The notes: a model not told the origin generated them from the sequence alone. DNA of 64,000 nt from Candidatus Aminicenantes bacterium (GCA_963715635.1 OY970261.1:1920711-1984710), one strand, 5' to 3'; counted from the first letter of the stretch, positions 28,894 to 38,249 are shown. Translations and numbers: made by a program.

Positions 28894-29880
28894 ATGCGTA
28901 TCATGGACATGGCCAGTGCCTTCTACGAATCATGCCTGCTTTTTACTTCTTCCGACCTGGGTATTTTTCGAACGCTGGCAGAGCTTGGTGAAGCCGACGC
29001 GCCCTCGGTCGCCGCCGCCTGCAGCCTCAACCTCCGGGGCGCACGCCTTCTTCTTGACGCATGCGTGGCCGTAGGCCTTCTGTCCAAAACCGGGAACATC
29101 TACCGCAACACGCCTGAAGCGGCCGTCTTCCTTGTCCCCGGCTCGCCCGCCGACCTGAGCGGCGCGATCCGGTATAATCGAGATGTCTATAACGCTTGGG
29201 GCAAGCTCGCCGAGATGATTAGGAGCGGCCGGCCGGTCGAGCGCCCGGAGCTCCATCTTGGCGAAGACCCGGAACGCACGCGCACGTTCGTCCTGGCCAT
29301 GCACGGCCGGGCTCTGGCTATAGGGCAAGAAGTCATCCCGGAACTCGACCTTGCAGGCCGGCGTAGGCTCCTCGACGTCGGCGGCGGGCCTGGGACTTAT
29401 TCGATGTTAATTGCCAAGGCTTTCCCCGAGGTCAAATGCACTGTGTTCGACCTTCCTGAAATCGTCCAGATCGCCGATGAGTTGATTGCTCAATCCGGGA
29501 TGCAGGGCAGCATCCAAACCCTTGCGGGTGATTATCATAAGGTAAAGTTTCCAGGAGAAAACAACGTCATCATCTTTTTCGGCGTTTTGCACCAAGAAAA
29601 CCCGGCCGACATCCGCGACCTTCTCCGGCGAGCCCATGCGGCCCTGGTCCCAGGCGGCACGCTTTATGTTCTGGACATGATGACCGATTCGACCCACACT
29701 CAGCCGAAGTTTTCAGCGCTCTTCGCTCTGAACGTGGCGTTGACGACGCCCCACGGCTGGGTTTTTTCCGAGGACGAGCTTAAAGCCTGGCTGGCCGAAG
29801 CCGGATTTCAAGGTTTCCACTGCCGTCCCCTGCCGCCGCCGATGCCGCATTGGTTGGCCTCGGCCGTGAAGCCGCAGTAG
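28894..29880 (+). CDS. Class I SAM-dependent O-methyltransferase (dimerisation domain + Methyltransf_2-like)
   Basis: LLDVGGGPGTYS is the SAM motif I. The N-terminal winged-helix-like dimerisation region and overall length are typical of small-molecule OMTs. Confidence 0.8.
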   Translation: MRIMDMASAFYESCLLFTSSDLGIFRTLAELGEADAPSVAAACSLNLRGARLLLDACVAVGLLSKTGNIYRNTPEAAVFLVPGSPADLSGAIRYNRDVYNAWGKLAEMIRSGRPVERPELHLGEDPERTRTFVLAMHGRALAIGQEVIPELDLAGRRRLLDVGGGPGTYSMLIAKAFPEVKCTVFDLPEIVQIADELIAQSGMQGSIQTLAGDYHKVKFPGENNVIIFFGVLHQENPADIRDLLRRAHAALVPGGTLYVLDMMTDSTHTQPKFSALFALNVALTTPHGWVFSEDELKAWLAEAGFQGFHCRPLPPPMPHWLASAVKPQ

Positions 29881-29923
29881 ATTTGGCGCGCTTTTAGACG
29901 GATAGTCCGTCCTTTGAGTCGTT

Positions 29924-29971
29924 ATGTCGAGCAGAATTTTCGGGCTATTTATTTAGGGCCCACTTCCCGGC
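29924..29971 (+). repeat. Direct repeat copy B; overlaps the last 9 codons and the downstream flank of the VWA megaprotein gene
   Basis: ATGTCGAGCAGAATTTTC...TATTTATTTAGGGCCCACTTCCCGGC, 1178 bp from copy A in the same orientation. Confidence 0.7.
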
Positions 29972-32900
29972 TTCTTTTTTCAGGTTAAAAATAGGCTTTT
30001 CGCCAGCATTCAGGGTGACTTTCATCTCTATTGGCTGCGGCGCCAGCATGATCCGGAGCGTATAGGAACCTTCGGGGATTTTTACCGAGTCCCCGCCCAC
30101 GTAGCCTCTGGCCTTGACCTCCCCTTTCTCGTCGAGAACCACATACTCAATTTTCAATGCCTGCTCAAGGGCGGATAGCAGTCCCTTGGCATCCTTAGCC
30201 TCCAGGTACATCCCATCTGTGGACTTGGCGATGGCTTCCAGCTGTTCCCGGGATTCCTTCTCCTTGATGTCGAACCCCACAATGTGGACTTTCATCTCCA
30301 GGCCGGACTTTTTGATCGCCGGAGCGATCGACTTGATGTCTCCGTTGCAACTTTCGATCCCGTCCGTCACCAGGACGATGCTCCCGTTTGGCATCTTTTC
30401 AAAGTCCTTGATTGCCTGGAGCACGGAGAGGACGAGCGGCGTCCGGCCTTTCGTTTGGATTTTATTCACCATCTCCACGAGCTTGGCTTTCTGGACCGGC
30501 CCGATGGGCAGAAGAAGCTCTGTATCCTGGCAGGCCTGCTGGTAGGCGTCCGTCGGATACCGATGGCCATAAACACGGAAGCCCACGTTCATCGTCTCCG
30601 GCAGGCCGTTGATGATCTGGGTCAGCACGCGCCGGGCCACGGTGATCTTGGTTTCCTTTCCGATCAGCCCGGTCATGGAGTTCGAGGCGTCCATGATGAT
30701 CTCGACGTTCTTGGCGATCTCTTTCTCGGCGCCCTGCTCGAAATTCACTCGTAAAGATGCCGGGCCGAGCCGCTTCACCGGCGACATATAGATCGGCACA
30801 TTCCCACAGCAGAATTCAAGCATCATAGCGCCAAGGGCGACTCGATAGATATCCAGATCTCTTTCGGAGTTCGTCCCGTCCCAGCTTCCATCCCCGTTCT
30901 GATGGTCAACCAGGAACCGGCACATCCAATCTTTCCAGATGCGCCAGTCATCTCCGCCCGCAAGATACATCGCCCGCGTTCCGTAATACCAATAATAAAA
31001 TGCATAGCCACCTCCCCGCGTTTCAATATTCCAGCGCGGCGCATAATCCTGCATGAATCGCAGCGCGGGAGGAATCGCAGGGTCCTGTGGAAATCCGCAG
31101 AGCTGAAGGGAGAGTGCCCCCATTCCCGCTCTGCCGCAAGTTTCGCCATAGTCTCCGGGAGAGCTGTAGTTGAACGAGCCGTCCTTTTTGCCCTGGAGAG
31201 ACCGGACGAACTTGGCGGCCGCGGGGAAAGCCCATTCAGGAACGGAGAACCCCGCGTTGACGGCCGCCTTGAGGGCAAGGATTTGCCAGCCTGTTACCGA
31301 AATATCGCTGTCCGTGCTGTCCGGATTATATCGCCAGCCGCCATATGCCGGAGAATCGGACTTAATAGGGCCGCGAAGCGTCTCTGGCTTGTGATCCGTG
31401 TTTTGAGAGCGGATGATTAGGTTGAGGGCATCCTGGGCTATGGGTTCAAGGCTTGCGTCATTCAAGTCCACCAGTACTTCGATAAGAGCGAGCGTCGCAA
31501 TCGCATGCTCATACATATTTTCTGTCCCGAGTGATCCTCCATAATAAGCAGCGTCTCTAGAGCCTTCGGGATACTTGGAGCTAGGCTTATGTCCGGATTT
31601 CAGGTAGTTGATCGCTCTGTTGATGTTGGAGGTATAATCCTTTTGGGCACATTTACCGCCTATAAAAGCCTGGAGAGAAAGACCGGTATACGCTTCTTGA
31701 TATCCCGACCAGGAACCGGTCTTTTGTTGTTTGGACGCCAGGAAATCGAGGGCTTTGAGGAGGGCTTGCCGGACTTCCTCCGCCGTCGCCGGTGGTTTTT
31801 GAGGTTTTCCGGCATAGATGGTGTATTCGGCGCCGGTATTTTTTCCGCCTCGGATCCGCACTCTCAGATAATGAGCCCCCGGCTTGAACTTCATCTTGAC
31901 GATCTCCTCGCCATTTCCGGCTTCATGCCACGACGATTCATCCAACCTGTTTTCTTTTGGATCGAGGAGATCAAAATTCCATCTGATATCAGAAACACCG
32001 GAAAGCTGTATGTCGATGATGTCCATCCCAGGCTCAGGAACGTTAAGAACATAATAGTCCGTGTCGTCATGGAGATTTATTCGGCCGGTGATCGGTGTAT
32101 TCAGTTTGATCTCACTAGCCCATCCGATACGATCGTTAGGCTCGGCTTCCTCGTTCTCCTGCCAAAGCCCGAGAAGACGCGTACTCAGGATATATTTGTT
32201 TGTGATATTTTTTTGGTAACCTCTCACCATAATGTAATAAACGCCTTCTACAACGGTAAAATATTTAACGGATTGGAGCTCACCTTTTGATGCATCATCT
32301 GCCCGCCAAAGCTCTTTTCCATCTTTATCAAGAATTTCGAACATCGCCTCGACGCCGGGAACGCCGCTGACGTCAACCTGGATATCGTTTTTGCCCGGCT
32401 TGTCCACAACCAGCTTAAACCAATCGTAATCATTGTCTCTTTGAAAATAGCCCTCCACGCTCTGGCCAAGGCGAATCTCCGTCGCATTCTCTCTCGCATC
32501 GTTCGGCTCAGCCTCCAGGCTTTCCTGCCACGGCCCGAGGATGCGGGTATGAAGGACATAATGGTTGTTGATGTTGGCTTCCCTCGCCGAGAGTTGAATG
32601 TAGTAAGTTCCTTGAGCCAAAGCAAGATTGAAGATGGATTCGGGCCCATTCTCGCGCGTTTCGTTGGTTTCCCAAATGCTTCGACCGTTCTCGTCGCGGA
32701 GGACGAGGCTGCTGTTGACTCCGGGGACAGCCGTGACGTCGATCAGGACAAGGCTTTTGCCCGGCTTGTCAACGATCAGCTTAAACCAGTCCTCATCTCT
32801 TCGTTTCTCAAAATATCCGCCGACAACTTGTCCCAACTTCAGCTCATTGGCCGATTCGCGGCGGTCGTTCGGCTCGGATTCCTGGCCCTCTTGCCAGGGG

Positions 32901-33346
32901 TCCGTGATCCGTGAGCTTAAAATATATTTTTCTTTGGCGGCCTTCCCGCCTCCATAGATTCGGAGGTAGTAAATTCCTGGATTGACCGGGAAATGGACAA
33001 TAGATTCGGGGCCGCCTGTGTCGGCATCATCGATGTCCCAAAGGGTATTTCCTTTTTCATCACAAAGCCGGAGTTCCGAGTTTATGCCGGGGACCCCTGA
33101 GAGATCGATCCTCACATAGTTCTTACCAGGCTTATCCACGACGAGCTTATACCAGTCATAGTCACGATCTTTCTGGAAATAGCCTTCGATGCTTTGGCCG
33201 ATCCGGATTTCGTTGGCCTGCTCCATTGAGTCATTCGGCTCGACTTCGGATTTGACTTGAGCGCGGGTCGAAGAAATACAACAAAAAATAAAAAATAATC
33301 CGATCATGGCAGAAAAAACACACCAACCTCTCGATGTCTTAATCAT
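29945..33346 (-). CDS. Secreted 1133-aa multidomain protein: signal peptide, 4 tandem PPC (pre-peptidase C-terminal-like) domains, a prenyltransferase/terpene-cyclase-like alpha/alpha toroid, a VWA domain and a C-terminal beta domain
   Basis: Four EPND...GxxxxGxxxxxxDxDW[YF]K repeats. GGWRYNPDSTDSDISVTGWQILALK and DGSW repeats indicate the toroid. VEIIMDASNSMTG (MIDAS DxSxS) with LVTDGIESCNGD indicates VWA. A GGAGGTG RBS is present. Confidence 0.85.
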   Translation of the reverse strand: MIKTSRGWCVFSAMIGLFFIFCCISSTRAQVKSEVEPNDSMEQANEIRIGQSIEGYFQKDRDYDWYKLVVDKPGKNYVRIDLSGVPGINSELRLCDEKGNTLWDIDDADTGGPESIVHFPVNPGIYYLRIYGGGKAAKEKYILSSRITDPWQEGQESEPNDRRESANELKLGQVVGGYFEKRRDEDWFKLIVDKPGKSLVLIDVTAVPGVNSSLVLRDENGRSIWETNETRENGPESIFNLALAQGTYYIQLSAREANINNHYVLHTRILGPWQESLEAEPNDARENATEIRLGQSVEGYFQRDNDYDWFKLVVDKPGKNDIQVDVSGVPGVEAMFEILDKDGKELWRADDASKGELQSVKYFTVVEGVYYIMVRGYQKNITNKYILSTRLLGLWQENEEAEPNDRIGWASEIKLNTPITGRINLHDDTDYYVLNVPEPGMDIIDIQLSGVSDIRWNFDLLDPKENRLDESSWHEAGNGEEIVKMKFKPGAHYLRVRIRGGKNTGAEYTIYAGKPQKPPATAEEVRQALLKALDFLASKQQKTGSWSGYQEAYTGLSLQAFIGGKCAQKDYTSNINRAINYLKSGHKPSSKYPEGSRDAAYYGGSLGTENMYEHAIATLALIEVLVDLNDASLEPIAQDALNLIIRSQNTDHKPETLRGPIKSDSPAYGGWRYNPDSTDSDISVTGWQILALKAAVNAGFSVPEWAFPAAAKFVRSLQGKKDGSFNYSSPGDYGETCGRAGMGALSLQLCGFPQDPAIPPALRFMQDYAPRWNIETRGGGYAFYYWYYGTRAMYLAGGDDWRIWKDWMCRFLVDHQNGDGSWDGTNSERDLDIYRVALGAMMLEFCCGNVPIYMSPVKRLGPASLRVNFEQGAEKEIAKNVEIIMDASNSMTGLIGKETKITVARRVLTQIINGLPETMNVGFRVYGHRYPTDAYQQACQDTELLLPIGPVQKAKLVEMVNKIQTKGRTPLVLSVLQAIKDFEKMPNGSIVLVTDGIESCNGDIKSIAPAIKKSGLEMKVHIVGFDIKEKESREQLEAIAKSTDGMYLEAKDAKGLLSALEQALKIEYVVLDEKGEVKARGYVGGDSVKIPEGSYTLRIMLAPQPIEMKVTLNAGEKPIFNLKKEAGKWALNK
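31793..33247 (-). repeat. Four tandem intragenic repeats of about 121 aa (about 365 bp) encoding PPC-like domains (aa 34-154, 155-276, 277-398, 399-518)
   Basis: Hand alignment of the four units shows conserved E-P-N-D, G-Y-F, D-x-D-W-[YF]-K-L-V-V-D-K-P-G-K, GVPG, Y-Y-[LI] and W-Q-E at each unit end. The fourth unit is more divergent. Confidence 0.8.
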
Positions 33347-33514
33347 AGATCACACCTCCACTTTTATTTTTTCTATTTCAGGGCCACCTATCGGCCTCCT
33401 TTTTCTGCTGCGCACAAGCCGGAGACAATAGACAGAGAACAAACCACGCTGCGTAAAGTCCGAAACTGATCCGGCCTGAACGATCACTTCTTTCGGTGAC
33501 TTGTCCTCCGCACG

Positions 33515-34333
33515 CTATCCAAGCAAAGACCTAAGGAGTGCTATATAGATTTCTTTGACGGTGCCGTTGACGCCTTGGAATCCCATATACTCGGCAAGCC
33601 CCTCCAAACCCATGGCGCGCAGCACTTCTGGGTCATCTACAAACACCGTTTGTTCGGTTTGCGCGACACGCCAATCATTAATCTCGTTGACCACGCGGTT
33701 TTCTGTAACTCCTTGATTCAGGCCGGTATCCATGACGCCCACTGTATCGCCGCTGGCCGGGTTCACTCGCCACCATCCTAGCCTCTTTTTTTCTTTGACC
33801 AACAAGGCTTTTTCCGGAAAGGCGATAATATCGCCAGCCGCCAGATTCTGCTGGATACGGGCCGATACGTCCGCCGGCCACTCCCTCCCGTCGAAATCCT
33901 GCGCGTTTCGCATGATCTTCCAGTTGACTCCTTGTTCAGAGGAGAGTGAAACCAGATGACTCGTATTCTCATGCGACTCGGAGCCAAACATCACGAGGGC
34001 TTCCGCCACCGTGTCCGCGACGCCCTGATTCAGCCGGGCGAGAGCGGCCTCTCTCTCCGCGCGGCTCTTAAGACCGATGTCGTTCTTGACAATGTCGAAC
34101 GTGTGTCGCTTTTGCAGGTTTCCTTTTTCGTTTTCGATAAATTGCCTTCGCAAATTGCAGATATTCAGGGAAGCTAAGAATATATCGTTATGGAAACGAC
34201 CGAGCAGATGTCGCTTGAGCGCCCAAGAATAGAGCGGCCCCTGCAGCGAATGCATCTCCGTCAAAATATTCCCGGCCACTTCTTGGAGATGGCCTGGGCC
34301 TCCTTTCTTCAGCTCTTCGATGAGAGGGCGCAA
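33515..34333 (-). CDS. C-terminal fragment (272 aa) of the transglutaminase-fold protein gene, in a different frame
   Basis: It overlaps the 3' end of 34188..36866 by 146 nt. That ORF's last ~50 residues (from SPRAFAPSHRRAEERRPRPSPRSG) look out of frame, while this frame reads LERLRPLIEELKKGGPGHLQEVAGN. Confidence 0.6.
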   Translation of the reverse strand: MRPLIEELKKGGPGHLQEVAGNILTEMHSLQGPLYSWALKRHLLGRFHNDIFLASLNICNLRRQFIENEKGNLQKRHTFDIVKNDIGLKSRAEREAALARLNQGVADTVAEALVMFGSESHENTSHLVSLSSEQGVNWKIMRNAQDFDGREWPADVSARIQQNLAAGDIIAFPEKALLVKEKKRLGWWRVNPASGDTVGVMDTGLNQGVTENRVVNEINDWRVAQTEQTVFVDDPEVLRAMGLEGLAEYMGFQGVNGTVKEIYIALLRSLLG

Positions 34334-36866
34334 ACGCTCTAGGAGATGAGAACGTCATCTCCCAGCTCACAAATTCCGACGATAATCGACAGACGAGTGG
34401 AAGGATGTCAATCGTCCCATATAAAGTCAATCCTCGTTTTAACCGCCCCGCTTCATCGATCTCCGGCGCCGCTCGAAGATCCGCGGAGCGCACGGCCGGC
34501 CCTATCAGGTCAAAGATATAACGCCGGATCGTCCGACTCGGTTCTCCGGGAGTGTGGATTTCGTACTCAATCCACTCGGCCGTCAAATAGGAAGTCTTTC
34601 GTACTTCTTCTTCAGATTCCCTTCCCGCCAGGGCGCCAAAAAAACCTTGGCTGAGACCTCCGACACTTCCCCCTTGCGATTTCTCTTGGCTACTTTTTTT
34701 AACATCGCCAGATTGGGTGAAACTCGATTGGCAAATCAGGTCTGAGCCAATGGTTAAAAATGGCAGCCATTCCTTCTCTTTGAGGACTTCAGCCTTCAGG
34801 CGATTCATCGGATCTCTATCTCCCGAAAGATTTAAATCTCGGGGCCAATTCATGGAAACGTGTTTGAGCGCGATTCGTCGGCCGAAAAACTCTGGGGGCT
34901 TGATGGTGTGCTCGAGAACAACATTTTCTTTGATGTGTCCATCAGCCCATTGCTCGACGCCGATACGAATTTTAACTGAATGAAAATTATCATCGGAAAT
35001 ATTTTTGAGGCCGGTTGTATCCTTGGCTTTGGTGATCAACGATCCCAGCTTCGCGCTTGGCAGGTTAGGATCCAAATCTTGCCAAAGTTCCCCTGACTTG
35101 ACTTGGACCCACCAATGATCACGCAGGGCCTTTAGGCTGGACCCCATATCGCTTCGATCCTGGACAAAATGTTTGCCAACCAAATCGGCCAGCATCGTTG
35201 CCTGTTCATCCGCAGACTTCATGGCATTTTGATTTTCCTGATCCTCAGCTTTTTCTGCCGAATCCAATTCCTGCTGTAATTTCGCCGCTTCAATCTCCAA
35301 TTGTTGAGCGAGCCTTTCAAGATGAGAGGGACTATCTTTCTTCCCTTCATCAGCGAATCGGGTTGGGCTTTCGGGGATTGACCTAAGCTTTTCCTGTAAA
35401 TCCATTGCTTCTTGTTCCGTTAAAACGGCATGTGCTAATCGGACCTCATGTCCCGCGATTTCCAGAAGCATAGCTAGGAGTCGGGATCGATCAAAACTGT
35501 TCCCCATGCGATCCATCAAAACACCGATAGGCCCTCGCAGCGAGCCTTGGTATGAGACAAGTTGAGTGTTATCACGGACCCATTGAAAAAGCTGTTCCGG
35601 GTCTTTCCCGACCTTATCGACGATCATTTGTGGATCAAAAGTATCGCGGGGAATTTCGTTCAATTCATCTTCAAGGGCTTGCAAGATTTTAGTCAGTTTT
35701 TCGGTCACTTGCTCGAATTCTTGCTGTGTGAGTTCGCGCTTATTTTGGGAAAGAACAATTGTCGGGATGTCTTGCCCTGCATCCTGGACTTTTCGTTTAA
35801 GGGATTCGCCGCGATCGACAAGAGTTGCTTTAGCTTCCGTCCTTCCTTTATCGGCTTTTTTCTCTGTCGTGGATTTTGATATCAAAATGGCGCCGATAAC
35901 AATTCCAGCGATGACGATCAGAAATACGAGGATCAAGCCGGCCATTTTCCAGACTGCCCCGCGCGCTCCCGGCGCTTTTTGGCACGCCAAGGATTGAATG
36001 CCGGCTCGTATGGACGCGATTTCTTTCTGGGAAGCTTTGACGGCATCGAGTTCCGAGGCAATCGCAGAATCCATGAAATTAGCTTCAGCCAATTGCTTTC
36101 CCAGGGCCTGGCAATTTTGGCCCTGCTGCAGGAGCGTCTCTTTTTGCTTTTTATCCCATTCGCCGATCTCGCTTTTAGCCCTGGACAAAGCCCTGTCAAT
36201 TTCGTCAATATCTGCCTTATGATGATCCTTGGCCTTCTTGATTTCACCCTCCAACCGATGGGACTGCTCTGCAAGGGGAGTGATTTTTTCTTTGGCCGCC
36301 TGAATGAACCTTGTCAAATCGGGAAGCTTTGGGTCCAGCTGTTTTTGTTCTTCCTTCAGGGCACTAAGCTTTTTTTCAAGCTCAGCCTGGGCCTGGGCAT
36401 TGCCCTGGCTTTCCGTTATCTTTTGCCGGATTTTTCCCTCTTCATCAGGGATATTTCTCAAGCGCTTTTGGATGGATTCCGCCTCTTTCTGGGCTTTTTC
36501 CAGTTTGTCTTTTTCGGATTTAAACTCCGAATCCACCGGCTTTTTCTTTGCTTCCAGTTCCTTCAACAGCGCATCAAACCTGGCGTTTTCCGCTTTCTTT
36601 TTTCCTTCCAACTCTGCGGTTTGTTTGTTCAGCTCATCGAGTCTGGCGCCGATTTCTTTTCCTTTTCCCTCGATCTGAGACAGCGTTCCGCTCAAATCCC
36701 CAAATTGGCTGATATCCAGCTTGGCATCCCTGGCTTTTTTGCCCAAAGCCGTCAATTTCACCTCATAGGCCTTTTCCTTCTCCGCAAGATCTCTTTTCGA
36801 GCTGCGCAAACTCGACTTTCTTTTGTGCTCGGCCATCCCATCTTTGAAGATCTTTTTAATGCTCAT
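34188..36866 (-). CDS. Bitopic membrane protein: ~300-aa cytoplasmic coiled coil, one TM helix, and an extracytoplasmic transglutaminase-like core with Ser replacing the nucleophilic Cys. The frame breaks near 34330-34350.
   Basis: A Lys/Glu/Gln-rich heptad-like N-terminus. TM helix MAGLILVFLIVIAGIVIGAILI (aa 308-330). MGNSFDRSRLLAMLLEIAGHEVRLAHA and DHWWVQVKSGELWQDLDP match the TGase-core Cys/His/Asp blocks. GGGAGGG RBS. Confidence 0.75.
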   Translation of the reverse strand: MSIKKIFKDGMAEHKRKSSLRSSKRDLAEKEKAYEVKLTALGKKARDAKLDISQFGDLSGTLSQIEGKGKEIGARLDELNKQTAELEGKKKAENARFDALLKELEAKKKPVDSEFKSEKDKLEKAQKEAESIQKRLRNIPDEEGKIRQKITESQGNAQAQAELEKKLSALKEEQKQLDPKLPDLTRFIQAAKEKITPLAEQSHRLEGEIKKAKDHHKADIDEIDRALSRAKSEIGEWDKKQKETLLQQGQNCQALGKQLAEANFMDSAIASELDAVKASQKEIASIRAGIQSLACQKAPGARGAVWKMAGLILVFLIVIAGIVIGAILISKSTTEKKADKGRTEAKATLVDRGESLKRKVQDAGQDIPTIVLSQNKRELTQQEFEQVTEKLTKILQALEDELNEIPRDTFDPQMIVDKVGKDPEQLFQWVRDNTQLVSYQGSLRGPIGVLMDRMGNSFDRSRLLAMLLEIAGHEVRLAHAVLTEQEAMDLQEKLRSIPESPTRFADEGKKDSPSHLERLAQQLEIEAAKLQQELDSAEKAEDQENQNAMKSADEQATMLADLVGKHFVQDRSDMGSSLKALRDHWWVQVKSGELWQDLDPNLPSAKLGSLITKAKDTTGLKNISDDNFHSVKIRIGVEQWADGHIKENVVLEHTIKPPEFFGRRIALKHVSMNWPRDLNLSGDRDPMNRLKAEVLKEKEWLPFLTIGSDLICQSSFTQSGDVKKSSQEKSQGGSVGGLSQGFFGALAGRESEEEVRKTSYLTAEWIEYEIHTPGEPSRTIRRYIFDLIGPAVRSADLRAAPEIDEAGRLKRGLTLYGTIDILPLVCRLSSEFVSWEMTFSSPRAFAPSHRRAEERRPRPSPRSGREYFDGDAFAAGAALFLGAQATSARSFP

Positions 36867-36893
36867 TTTGACCCTCCCTTTTTTGGCGATTCT

Positions 36894-38249
36894 TTAACGA
36901 ACCGCCGGAAGCTTGAAATAATTCTCGCTTTCATAGCCGCGGTAGTAGAGAGATGACGGCGTCGCCTCCGTTTGATAAGCCAGTTCAAAGCGGACAAATG
37001 TCTGCGGTGGAATCATGAACGGCTCGGGCGGACGATGGAAAAGCGTCTTTGTCGCCGCCTCATTAAAATTAACTTTCTGATCCCCGACAACGAGCTGGAA
37101 TTGCTGTGAGGTCTGGATTTCGAGCCCGCTCTTGGCCAACGAGCGTATGCCCAAGTCTACGATTGTCTTCCCCCCTTCCTTCCTGATTCCAAAGATCATG
37201 ACGTCCATCGTGTTTCCATCCCGGTGAGTCGCCAAGGCTTTGAAAGCTCCCGGAAAAGATATCCCGCTGAGTTTGAGGGAATAGACTTTATTTTTAACGC
37301 GGATTCCGAGGCTAAAATCTTTTATCGAAGCTGGGACCAAAAAGGCCAATTCTTGGCTTTGAAACACCTCCGGAGTGAAACGGATCAAGCCTCCCTCGGT
37401 CGTCGTGCCTCCGCAACTGTAATAAAAATATCCTTCTGGCGTCGTCAACCAGGTATATTCCTGGGGCTTGATTTGGACGATATCCTTTGCGCCGCCCCCC
37501 GACAAGCTCTTTCCTCCGATTTCGACCAAGGCATACTGCCAGCCCTCCGCTGCTTTCTCCCCTTTATAGTCGACCTGAAAATTCAATTTATGGGCCGCAA
37601 TCTCCACGAACTCGTCCCTGATCTGGTCGAGAACCTTTCCCGCCGGGCCCCCCGAACCAGAGGCAAGCTTCAAATCCCCTTTAATCCGGACAAGGATATG
37701 GCCGTTGGAATAGTCAAAGAGCTGGAAGGCGATATTCTTGGCCTCCTTTGGAATCACGTAAACAAGGTCGGCCTTTTTTCTTTCCCCAAATTTGGCGACC
37801 ACGAACGCTTTTTGGATCCCGGCTCCGTTCGGCATTTTCTCCGTCAGAGAGTCCAAGGCAATGCTTTTCCCGTCGGCAAGGGCATAAGCATGATCGAAAA
37901 GCTTGGGAATTTTATACGCAACATCCGCATCCACAAACTCCTCTTTTCCTTTTTGCCCTCCCCCGGCTAACGCTCCTACCCCCATCGTCCGGTCTTGCTT
38001 GCCCTCCAGTCGGCTCTTTTCGATTTTCTGTTTGGGATGGATATTTTCCCACTCCGTCTCAAGGACCAAAAATAGTTTTCCTGCAGGCGCCTTCTGGCCG
38101 GCGAGCTCTGTCTCAAATTTCGTCTCGTCTATCTTGAGCTTGGCCGCTTTGTTGGCCGGGACCTCTTGAGAGATCAAGCTTGAGCTCTCGAAACAAAAGA
38201 TACCGAGAAAAATGGATAGTAAGAGGCACACAAATAGTTTTTTGGACAT
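36894..38249 (-). CDS. Secreted protein with up to three DUF4352-like beta-sandwich modules
   Basis: Signal peptide MSKKLFVCLLLSIFLGIFCF follows a GGAAGGGAGGGG RBS (ATG at 38249; the ORF track starts at 38270). Recurrent pattern of F-x-V-x-E/G...A-F-x-V-P. No catalytic motif. Confidence 0.65.
   Translation of the reverse strand: MSKKLFVCLLLSIFLGIFCFESSSLISQEVPANKAAKLKIDETKFETELAGQKAPAGKLFLVLETEWENIHPKQKIEKSRLEGKQDRTMGVGALAGGGQKGKEEFVDADVAYKIPKLFDHAYALADGKSIALDSLTEKMPNGAGIQKAFVVAKFGERKKADLVYVIPKEAKNIAFQLFDYSNGHILVRIKGDLKLASGSGGPAGKVLDQIRDEFVEIAAHKLNFQVDYKGEKAAEGWQYALVEIGGKSLSGGGAKDIVQIKPQEYTWLTTPEGYFYYSCGGTTTEGGLIRFTPEVFQSQELAFLVPASIKDFSLGIRVKNKVYSLKLSGISFPGAFKALATHRDGNTMDVMIFGIRKEGGKTIVDLGIRSLAKSGLEIQTSQQFQLVVGDQKVNFNEAATKTLFHRPPEPFMIPPQTFVRFELAYQTEATPSSLYYRGYESENYFKLPAVR

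Noticed and set aside
35980-35996. A TGGCAC hexamer (also near 49565 and 51783) as a potential sigma54 -24 element for the activator at 54853.
   Set aside because: None is followed by TTGC at the correct 5-nt spacing, and all lie inside coding regions or on the wrong strand.
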